DNA of 35,307 nucleotides from Sphaeroforma arctica JP610 (lineage: Eukaryota): positions 87,907-123,213 of the forward strand of contig NW_014040487.1 of assembly GCF_001186125.1 (NCBI RefSeq), read 5' to 3'. Positions 1 through 9,985 of the stretch are shown in pieces (within the stretch, counting starts at the first letter, position 1; every line of letters starts with the position of its first letter). The notes beneath the pieces were generated by a model. It saw only the letters and a program-made list of their open reading frames with translations, had not been told where the DNA came from and made no database searches. Position numbers and translations under genes: made by a program.

Positions 1-853
1 CTAGGCTGACTATACGATACCAGGACGTTTACGATAATAAAACAATACGTTAATACGTTAAAATGCAAAATTTTAAATAAGTTTAGCTTCAGCCCTTGGT
101 AATGAGCAAAGGATTTGGGGATTTTAGACTGAGACTATTGATTATATGCTCCGCTCTAATCACTCACTACTTCGGTCTAGATTTATTTATGTTTTAGTTA
201 CTAAGACTAGATATCATTTCATTGGACGCATAGTTTACATTTCACGCCTCGAAACAATTACCTAATCAAACTAACCAATATAATACCTCTTAAGTCCAAC
301 TTAAGAAAATAAAATTAAAATCAAAACAACAAGCTGGTGCAGTATACATCTGCACCTAAACCCCATCACTTGGTACCTAGCTCCCCATCCCATTTAAGGC
401 ATAGACGGGCAAATCTAGTTGGCTGACTAGGAGGAATCAAAACCATGTTGTCCTAAATTCTAACAACTCTGATCCTGTCCTTTTCTCAGTGGATTATCTT
501 GCTCTGAGATCATTATCGAATTATACCGTAGGTTTGTACCAACAACCATTTCATGCCTGAGGCCCTCTCTCATGGTACTCTCATTAATTAGAGATTCCCA
601 AAGTGTCATTTTCAGGTGTCAGATTGGTGTCGTTCCTATATTATGTACAATTCTAATTTCAGTGGAAAAACCAATCTATATTTGGAAAACCACCTAATTG
701 TCCACAGTAGAGTCCCATACTCTAAATGAGTACTTTCACATGTTCAGAATCTTGAATTTCTTAGTTCTTGTTCATGTCCAATTCGTTAATACGATATACG
801 TTTATAATATACGTTAACTGTGCAACTACTATTAGGAACCCGCTATATTTACA
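1..853 (-). repeat. 3' LTR of element 1 (about 18 nt missing at window start)
   Basis: 1-376 aligns to 7961-8329 and ~730-853 to ~8326-8482; ends ...TTTACA at 853, immediately beside the PPT. Confidence 0.93.
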
Positions 854-870
854 TAGCCCCCCCTCAGCTT
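854..870 (-). other. Polypurine tract, element 1
   Basis: Minus strand AAGCTGAGGGGGGGCTA directly precedes the TG of the 3' LTR; homologous to the element-2 tract. Confidence 0.85.
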
Positions 871-1204
871 GAAAATTCCAATGTTGGTCTATATGTGGTA
901 TTAGCACATAGACTAAAAAAGCTCACATGAATTGTACAAGCGAAAAGAAAAGGAACGGGTTTTGATCTTATACCGGCCTCAATGCTTATGTTAAAATCTC
1001 TTAGACAAAGTATACTTAGACGTTATAAGTTACTCGGTTACTCTACTACGTTTGGGCTTTGGTCCTTGTGGTCCCCGATGGTGGATTGGACGTTTCTTAA
1101 TACCTTTTGGAGGTACGTACATTTCATGCGGTTTAAAGCTGGTAATGTATGATGTCTGTGGATAGATCTTAACCACTTCGGGTCGCTTATTCGATGGTAA
1201 GATG

Positions 1205-1360
1205 TAAGCGTTTGCGAAACTTCTTATTAAAAGCCTTTAGTACATCCGGATCATCAAATGCTGATGGTGGAAGATCATACTGTGCTCCATCGGCGAACTC
1301 CGTAGTGTAATATGTCATATCCTCATGTTTGTACTTCCCTAGAATCTTCTTAAACTCGTA
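1205..1360 (-). other. Divergent chromodomain-like segment at integrase C-terminus, element 1
   Basis: Hand translation YEFKKILGKYKHEDMTYYTTEFADGAQYDLPPSAFDDPDVLKAFNKKFRKRL matches chromodomain length and pattern (YEVEKIL...YLVKW...P..L..F) after the GPF/Y motif. Confidence 0.65.
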
Positions 1361-2850
1361 GGACATAAGAGGTGTAGTAGCTTCACGTGTGCGACGAAGG
1401 ATGGTCTCTGTCGTGGGAATTCGATGTTACCCGATATTTAAGGCACTAGAGCCGTCAACGTTGTTAACTTCATACTTTCCGCTCTTCTTATCGGCCACAG
1501 AGATCATAAATGGTCCAATATATTTAGCCGTAAGCACAGTTGTATCGGAGTTGCGAGCCATAATGTTGACTATATCGCCTACCTCAAACTCGACTATTTG
1601 CTTGGTATCATTCCCTTCTTGAGAGCGATGTCCTTCATGTCCCTTAAGCAAGGATAGACTCACATCTCTGGTCCGACGCATCTTCTCTAATCATGGTAAC
1701 ACATGATCATCTTGAGACTCCTTGTTGAAGGGGATCTGTAATTCACTCTAACGGCCCCGGAAATAGTGAGCGGGTGTTGTACCAGTGACTGAATCAGGGG
1801 ATTCATTCATATGTGTCTGTACCCAATTTATTGAGTACGGCCGCATGTCAGCATCATCAAGTAGTGCTCCTCGCATGAACTCCTTCATCTTTCTGTGTCG
1901 TACCTTGTTCGCACCTTGTGTCTGAGGCATGTAAGGTACACCCATCTTATGGCATGATCCCGCAACGAGTAACAGTGTCGTCATAACATCTCCTGTAAAC
2001 TCACTATAGTAGTCGGAACATACAATAGCTGGCCAGCCGAAATCTGCGAAGCACTTATATATGCACTCAGCCCCAGTTTGTGTCGATTTTCTTTCAGCGG
2101 ATACAATACATTATATCTTGATGCGACATCAAACACGTGACAGACATATTTATCCTTCATGTGTTTGGACGTGGGTAGCTCAACCAAATCAATGATAACC
2201 CGGCGCCACGGCTCGTCTTCTGATACGCTGCGCAAAGGTGCATATACGCAGCGCTTGATCCGGTTAACTTCGCAGTTGTTACATTCGTGATACACCTGAA
2301 ATATATATTGCTTGAGGTTCGGGTGTACGATTCCGTACCTCGTGCAATCTTTCTCAGTTCTAACCTTATCCATGTGCTCAAGAGCATGATTTTGTCTTAA
2401 CCACTTCAGAATCGCCTCCTGTGATTTACTTGTTACATTGAAATCAGGAGGTGAGGATTCCACCGCGTCATCACCTGAACTCGAAGACTCGTCTTGTCCA
2501 ATCTCGCCTAAAGCTTTTACATCGTGAATCCGACTAATGTTTGATTTATCCATTAGTTGAGTCACATGATCGTATACCTCGGGAAAGTCATTCATCAATT
2601 GCTTAAGCAATCGAGTTTCTGCTTGGTATGCAGTTTCCCTGTCAAAACTTATCTTGTTGTAGAAGGCTTTCGCTAGAGTTGCGCTCCTCCTTGATTCCTT
2701 TGAATTTGGCTGTATCTCGGTAACACATACTGCAGGTGCGTGTGTTGTCCCAGTCTCTGATTGAGACTTAGGATTCAAGAGTGGAATCTTGGATTCCTCA
2801 ACCTTCTGTTTGAAAGTCTCGGATGGTGTCCACTTGGTTGTTTCAACTGG

Positions 2851-3252
2851 ACCTATTCGACATATTATAGTATGTCGCCAAGGCGTCTTTTGGACTGCAC
2901 TTGTACCCTGGTAGAGAAAAGTATCTACCTCTCTATCCACATAGATCGGCTCACATTGTATCATTGAGATCAACTGTGGTAGCCATTTATCTGAGTGTCA
3001 TAGGGGACAACACAACGTGATGGTAGCATCTTGAATATTTACATAATTTAGCAACTGTGGTATTAATAGCCATGGAGGATTTGCCCAGGCATTCTCGTGA
3101 GACAAGTCTATCTGGAATCCGTCTCCTTCCGGATGTTCCAGTGTCCGGTACCTCGGCAGTTGCACATTATGATGAGCGGCAAACATATCTATGGTATGTG
3201 GTCCATATATGTTGTCAGCGATCTTAAACCACCTAGGATTGGCCATCCAATC
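2851..3252 (-). other. N6-adenine DNA methyltransferase-like domain within pol, element 1
   Basis: DW..NPRWF...GPHTIDMFA (3178-3189)...GDGF...NAWANPPW (3070-3081)...CPL*..KW; in frame directly after the RNase H terminal motif; one stop at 2998-3000. Confidence 0.85.
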
Positions 3253-5133
3253 TGTAGCTAGTAACTCCCTGACCATCTTGTTAAAGTCTGGTATGAAGCG
3301 AGACAACATGTCGGGTAAGTGATTGTGAATACCCGGTATGTGTGTTATGCCGAAAGAAATTTCGCGATCGTGTCATGTCACCGACTGACTAACTATGAGT
3401 TAGGTTTCATGTCCTTTAGGTGTTGCAATGAATTCTGATCATTCATTTAGCACGTTAATGTGCGTGCCATATAGATAGTTCTTAAAATGAGTGAGTGCAG
3501 TAATAATAGCCAAAAGCTCTTGTTGCATGGTTGGGTAATTGATCTGAGACGAATTCATAGCCCTGTTAAAGAACTGTAAATATCTTGGTTTCCCATCAAT
3601 CATTTGATACAAGACGCCGCCGAGTGCCATGTCGGACGCGTCTGTTGCTACCATGAATGGAATACCATCCTTTGGTGGCTGGACTACTGGTGCCTGCTGA
3701 ACCACTGTTTTGAGCTGCTTAAATGCGTCATCACAGTCTTTGGTCCACAGTGCGCCTAGTTTGCCTTTATGACATCTCAGATGTCCAAAGGGCTTTAAAT
3801 AACTTACCAGTTGTGGTACTCCGTCAGACAAAAAGTTGACGAATCCGCACATGCTGTTGACATCCTTACCCGTGGTAGGAGTTCTCCAGTCTAGCAAGTG
3901 GTCGACCTTCCCGGGATCGATCATGATTCCATCCCCGGATACTCGGTAACCCAACTGCTGAATCTCGTTAACACCGAAGTGACATTTCTTACTGTTGACC
4001 TTAAAGTTGTGCTTGTTGAGTCTGTCTAGAACCTCTCGCACAACCATTTCGTGCTCCTCTTTGGTTTTGGTGAATACCACAATGTCATCAATGTATACTT
4101 GTACATTGTCCATGTCCCTAAACAAGCCTTGCATAATTTGTTGAAAGAACGCAGGTAACATGTGTAACCCAAAGGGGGCACCTTTGAACGAATATTGAAA
4201 GGTGAAATACTTCCGGTGTGGTTTGTAGATCTTCATCTGGTGGTAGCTCTGCTTCAGGTCGATAGTGGAGAATATCTTAGCTCCCTCCATGCGCCTGAGT
4301 AGTTCGTTTATCCTTGGTAAGTGAAAATTGTGTGTCGGTATCAAAGCGTTAATTGGGCTCATATCCAAACACACCCGAGCTTTCTTCGGCGTCCCGTCAC
4401 AGTTGAATTGGTCGACGGCTAAAAGCGCTAGGTTGACGGAAGTCGGCTCGTAGTTGACTGCGATCACTCCGTCATCCAACCATGCTTGAACCTGTTCTCG
4501 TACGACCTGCTCATGACGCCATGCAACATAGTTACGTGTAGGACACTTCAGCTTCGAGAAATCTACTCTCGTCAGGTCCAGACAAACGTATTCGTTATTG
4601 AACGTGAACTTAGCCCAGTCAGTGATCTGAATCTTGTCGTTCTCAGAAATCAAGTCCTTGAGTTTCTCTGTGAAGTGGGGGATCATCTCCTTCACAGTCT
4701 TCGAAGGTTTATATACCGGTTTCAACAAGATGTCGTCCGACTGATCCTTCTGTGGTTCAATGTTAGTAGGTAAGCCTGTAATTGTGATATTTAATGACAA
4801 TAAATCACTTATACCTACTATGAGATCATAGTCTGGTGAAGTGTTACATATGACTGCCTTAGTAACTATAGTACATTGGTCTGTTAGTGTAAACCTAAGA
4901 TCGATTGCCATTTCTCTGCAAGTGAACTCTCTTTCATCAGCTAGTTTCAACATACTTGGCTCTGACTTACGAGTTACGTCTGTTATTTTACAGAATCTAG
5001 AGGATATACATGAAATTTGCGAGCCCGGATCCAGCAACGCTTATATTTCATGTCCGTTAACTCGTATATCTAGGATTACACGCTCGTCTTGAGGTGCGTC
5101 CTTTTGTCTTAGTGACAAGACCCGGTATGTTTG

Positions 5134-7909
5134 TCACCTTACTTCAACTTTTGGGTTCACCTTGCAGGTATGCTTGTGGTAACCTCCAGTCCCGGTGCAG
5201 TCGGCACACTTCTCGATAAAGTGCTTACACTTTTCTGCGTGCCTTCCATTCCATCTGCCATTCGGCTCATGTTGGGTCATTCGCCAATTACAATCAGTCT
5301 CACTACAGTTCTTGACCTCCCTTTGCCTGGGCTTAGGGTTGCCTGCCCGGCCCATTTATGTTAGTCTGGATACCCTTAGGGATGACATTGTTCTTGTGGC
5401 TTTCAGAACCATTTGTATTTTTGTTCTTATTGCCACCCTTGTCACCCCCTTTGTTTACCTTCTGACCTCCATTAGTGGACTGAGAGTCTCGACCATTGCC
5501 TGATCCCCCGGTAAGATTGCCGCCGACCTTCCTCTGAGCATTAGTGACTTTCACCACGGAACTAGGGCGTTTGGTAAACGTCTGATCCGCTCTCGAGTAA
5601 AATTCAGCCCAGGTTAAGTCCGCTAGCTTCATTATGCCGTAGGTGGGTCCTTCAATGGAGATCTCTCGTACCTTGTCCGGGTAAGATTGATACATATCAG
5701 CGTACAGAATCTCTCGATCTCTCCTATGTAGGTTTGACCAAAAGGTTGTCTGCACCCATAGTACACATATAGATAGTTTGTCAGGTGACATCTCCTGTGT
5801 CTGTGCCCGTGACATGCATGTGTCCAACTCCAATAAGTAGTAGGACACTGGTACAAGCAATTCCGGTCGAGGGTCCGTCGAAAATAAGTGGACGATCATC
5901 TCACTCTGCTCTTTCCACGTTTTCAGCTTAGTGATCGCTTGTTTCGCCTTCTCTAACTTGTTATACTTGTAAGAGGACGGCTTAAAGCTCTGCTGCGCTG
6001 CTTCGAACCATAAGTTCTTCCGCAGATTGGCTGTAAGTATAATCTGTCCAAACTCTTTCAAAGACCTAGATAACAACGCCAGACTGCTAGTATCGATAGA
6101 ATCCTTCCGGTCCTTTCGATCAGATCTGTATGTGGTTGGTAGTTTACTTATGTCCTTTACAAACTGCTTGCCTTCCACAGCCTTATCGGCCTGAATCACT
6201 CTTAGTTCTGAATCAAACTTAGTCTGGAGGTGCGTAGCAATTGTCATATAAAGACTAGCGGCATCAATCCTACCTAGATCCATCGCCTCGAGTGAAGCTG
6301 CCTCAGCCTTGTTCATTTGAACAGTGAATTCATCAATTTTCAGATCACTACTAGAGTGATCTGATCCCTTCTTTTCTAATTGCATCTGACCATGCAGTCA
6401 GTTGTCTGTCTCATCCTTTGATCCATCGACCTGTTCAATGTGAATGAACGCTTCTGATGGGACAGCATCTTTTGTCGTCGTTGGGATAGTCGCTGGTGGC
6501 GAACTGTCTCCCGATGACGACAAAGATTTTCTAGCTTCCACCTGATCAGGTTTAGGCTCTTCGGTCGGTTTGTCCTTCGGAAATACCTCTGGGGCACTCT
6601 GTGAATTTCCTTCCGGTGGTGGATTTGGATTAGGCTCCTGTTCAGATGCCATTCGCGACATTGCTGTTGCATCCAATCCAGGAGAAGATTGAGCTTCGGA
6701 TGATGAAGATCGGATTATGTTTGCCCCTCCATTGTCTGACAACATTTCAAACGCCAATATGACTTTATAGAATGCCAAATGGTTTGATATCAAGTCGGGA
6801 ATGTCTCCAAGAAGATCCCGAATTACGTACCAAATTAAGTGTGCAAAACTTACATCTCTCCTAGTTCTGAATACCTTCTGTAGTATCTTTTGAAACTGAC
6901 GGAAAAGTTTGCGTGCTTGCTTACCTTTGTCAGTTTTCATTGATATTAGCCGATTGTAAAAATCAGAATCCCTAAATAAATCGTACCCAAACTTTCTTAC
7001 CGCTGCATTCATCACATACCTCGGTGAAATGGTACCCTCCGGTTTGGTCTTCATTACGTGCGGAAAGTTCGTTCCATACGTGTTTCGAAACACCCATGCC
7101 CGGTTGGCCTTCTGACGGATCAACTCTCGTTAACCCTCCTCCTGGATATCAATTTGAGTCTGGTATGGATGGCCCAGATCAAAGTTCTGTCGCCAAGCCG
7201 GTCGGAGTGGTGTTTTGGGTAAGCTCAGAAATAGTGAATCCAACCTGGTGTCCGAATCGTCGTCCTGATGGCGAAGTGTATGGTCCACATCATCCGGACC
7301 TATATCCACGAAACGCAGTTGTTCCTCCGTTACGTTGATTTGGGGTTGATCCAACAGTGTTTGTGCTATTGGCACATCCTCCGAGTCTTCCTCCCCGGAT
7401 TCACCATGACCTTGATCCTTCGCTGCGGCTTGCTTTTTCTTCCGCTACTTAGTAGGTATCAATTTATGTACCATTGGTTGGTAGTTTTTCAGGAAGGATC
7501 TCCTATCCCTTGCTATCATATGATAAGTAGGATCTTGCCAACATGCTTTGCGCGTGTCCACTGGTGGGGATGATACATTTGATTCCAGTGCATGTCACAC
7601 TTCCTCTGAAGTTGAATTTTCAGAGGATTGCGTTTTCTCGGCTTTTCCCTTTCGAGATTTCGCCTTCTTCGCTGGTGGCTTCTGTGGCTCCGTAGTCATA
7701 TTACCTCCGGATATACCTACACCCGAGTCAACTAACTTCTTACGTTTCCGTTTAGTCAGAGTTGGTACCGGTTGTGCCGGCGTGATCTCAGTTGCTTCAG
7801 CTTCCACTGATAGTGCCGAAGGTGTTTTCTGCTTTTCATCGCCTACAGTAAACCCTTTCACGCTTATAGCCTTAGCTACATTCGCAGCCTTATTTTTCCC
7901 TTTCGTCAT
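5134..7909 (-). pseudogene. gag: Long gag-position ORF of element 1 (~920 codons), disrupted
   Basis: ORF pieces 7909-7595, 7375-7130, 7123-6398 and 6385-5333 lie in one frame, separated only by in-frame stops (7595, 7445, 7130, 6398); a frameshift leads to the Cys/His fingers at 5355-5134. Called gag by position and zinc fingers only. Confidence 0.75.
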
Positions 7910-7927
7910 AATATCGATAGCGTATTA

Positions 7928-7938
7928 TAAACTTAATT
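7928..7938 (-). promoter_or_regulatory. Putative self-priming primer-binding site, element 1
   Basis: No TGG-type tRNA PBS inside the 5' LTR; 7928-7938 is the reverse complement (10/11; 8-nt perfect core) of LTR 8035-8045. Confidence 0.55.
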
Positions 7939-7942
7939 TTTT

Positions 7943-8482
7943 TGTAAAAGCCGGTCTCCTCTAGGCTGACTACACAATACAAAGACGTTTACGTAAATAA
8001 GACAATACGTTAATACGTTAGAATGCAAAATGTTAAATAAGTTTAGCTTCAGCCCTTGGTAATGAGCAAAAGATTTGGGTATTTTAGACTGAGACTATTG
8101 TCTATATGCTCCGCTCTAATCACTCACTACTTCGGTCTAGATTTATTTATGTTTTAGTTACTAGTAATAGATATCATTTCATTCGACGCATAGTTTACAT
8201 TCCACGCCTCGAAACAATTACCTAATCAAACTAACCAATAAAATACCTCAAGTCCAACTTAAGAAAATAAAAATAAAAACACCAAGCTGGTGCAGTATAC
8301 ATCTGCACCTAAACCCCATCACTTGGTACTGTCACATGTTCAGAATCTTGAATTTCTCAGTTCTTGTTCATGTACAATTCGTTAAACGTATTCCAGTTTT
8401 ATTAGTATAAACGGTAATACGTTTGTACGTTTATAATATACGTTAACTGTGCAACTACTATTAGGAACCCGCTATTTTTACA
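7943..8482 (-). repeat. 5' LTR of element 1 (internally deleted, 540 bp)
   Basis: TGTAAAAG at 7943 ... TTTTACA at 8482; direct repeat of 1-853 lacking about 360 bp. Confidence 0.93.
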
Positions 8483-8662
8483 TGTGGAACAAAGCTGGTC
8501 CACACTCGTAGTGGTAATATTGCGGGCTGAGTTGATTTTGAACGTAATACCAAGGAGGGTGGGGTTATCATCCCCAGTTCTATTTTGGAGAAAAGTTGGA
8601 GGCTGCCCGATACCACAACCCACAACTGATGTATTTGGATTATCCTGGTCAGCCATAGCGGA

Positions 8663-8848
8663 AGAAACTATGGTACGTTTCGTTGGGGCGAATCAGAAAG
8701 ACGCTTAAATTCCTATCTTTAGAAAAAAGGAAAAGAAAAGAAAAAGAAAAAAACTCTTGATGTCCTTTGTTATTGCATTAACCAATAACTTGCCACTTAT
8801 CAAGAATTAACGACTTAGCCTTCATCAGACTGGCACATCTGGTTGGCT
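8663..8848 (-). repeat. Internal fragment of an element-2-family LTR
   Basis: Near-identical to 9311-9495 and the corresponding part of the 14601-15370 LTR (AGAAACTATGGTACG...CATCTGGTTGGCT). Confidence 0.9.
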
Positions 8849-9069
8849 TTCAGGACATCAATATATATATAAATTCTAGCCAACCAAGATAGCTAGATGT
8901 GCGTGAACGGTCATTTTTCTTTTCCAGGCTTCATTCGATGCAATAGTCGACACAATTGCATATTTTTTTATCATAACAGGGGTATCGAGAATATAAAATG
9001 TACATATATGTAAAATCTACGCGACATATTCCAAACACTCCAATATTTGTATCACTGCATACACCTAGG

Positions 9070-9846
9070 TGTAAGATTTGGTCTATCGAGGCGATATTAC
9101 GCTTTAGAGTAACTAAACGCTTAGGTTAAGTCTAAGTATCGTGGAATTCGAAGTAAATAAACGAAATGAATCTTTTGGTAAAGTTAGGTATGCCTCGTGA
9201 AAACAGCAATATTCTGAGGGATTGTGAGGCCGAGACATTGCCTATATATAATCCTCTCAGTACTGTTTTCGCCGAAGGGATTTTATTTAGTGTTTCGTTG
9301 TCGCTCTATTAGAAACTATGGTACGTTTCGTTGGGGCGAATCAGAGAGACTTTTAAAATCCTATCTTTAGAAAAAAGGAAAAGAAAACAAAAGAAAAAAA
9401 CTCTTGATGTCCTTAGTTATTGCATTAGCCAATAACTTGCCACTTATCAAGAATTAACGACTTAGCCTTCATCAGACTGGCACATCTGGTTGGCTGAACG
9501 GAAGATAAACTAGGTAACGTTAATAGTCCCTAGAAACCTATATTCCGTTGAATCACCTCGCTACCGAAGTATTCAGATATAAATAGATTGGAAAGTAAAT
9601 ATAGTTCTATAAATAGAACTAGACCAAATCTTATGTTTGGTATTTTACTGGGGCCTTTTAATGGCCTTTTAATGGCCTTGTCTAAATATCTGGTATGTAA
9701 AATGGAAATGCTATTAATTAATAAAACCGTTAAAAACCATTTAGGAAACTTTAGTTCCTCGTACTATTAAGAGTACGTTTATAGTTTACGTACTGCTTAC
9801 GAGTACGTTTATAACATAGAGTCTGATGTGGAGGCCGGCTATTACA
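9070..9846 (-). repeat. 3' LTR of element 2 (777 bp)
   Basis: TGTAAGA...TATTACA; direct repeat of 14601-15370; carries an extra 11-bp tandem duplication (GGCCTTTTAAT) near 9652-9673. Confidence 0.95.
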
Positions 9847-9864
9847 CAGCCCCCACCCAGCTTT
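9847..9864 (-). other. Polypurine tract, element 2
   Basis: Minus strand AAAGCTGGGTGGGGGCTG directly precedes TGTAAT of the 3' LTR. Confidence 0.85.
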
Positions 9865-9985
9865 GAGACCCAAGAGAGGCTAGTTGCGCACTCAAGCTGA
9901 TTTTGGGCCAAAAAGCGAGTAAAAGGAAAACGGGTCGAAACGTTAAGTAGCATAACATATAGTTAATGTTTCTCAGGCGAAGAAC

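Larger units (their letters stand above)
1030..5133 (-). pseudogene. pol: pol polyprotein of element 1 (protease, RT, RNase H, adenine MTase-like domain, integrase, chromodomain-like), disrupted
   Basis: Protease LLDPGSQIS; RT APFGL...VYIDDIVV; RNase H ATDASDMALGGVLYQ...QELLAI...HIPGIHNHLPDMLSR; integrase H-x3-H...CNNC, VIIDLVELP, GPF motif; ends ...PKRSRVTE* at 1030. Broken by stops (e.g. 5041, 3393, 3378, 2998) and frameshifts. Confidence 0.93.
1..8482 (-). mobile_element. Ty3/Gypsy (chromovirus-like) LTR retrotransposon, element 1, degenerate; 3' LTR truncated by the window edge
   Basis: Direct LTRs (1-853 and 7943-8482) with TGTAAAA...TTTTACA termini, PPT next to the 3' LTR, domain order gag-PR-RT-RH-(MTase)-IN-chromo on the minus strand; many stops and frameshifts. 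Confidence 0.95.

Noticed and set aside
1389..7964. Plus-strand ORFs overlapping the retroelement (e.g. 4486-4773, 7024-7338, 7548-7964)
   Set aside because: Antisense shadows of gag/pol with no recognisable motifs and not conserved in element 2.
8402..8708. Short ORFs in the spacer (MADQDNPNTSVVGCGIGQPP...)
   Set aside because: Run into LTR sequence, no recognisable domain; could be a host fragment but unsupported.
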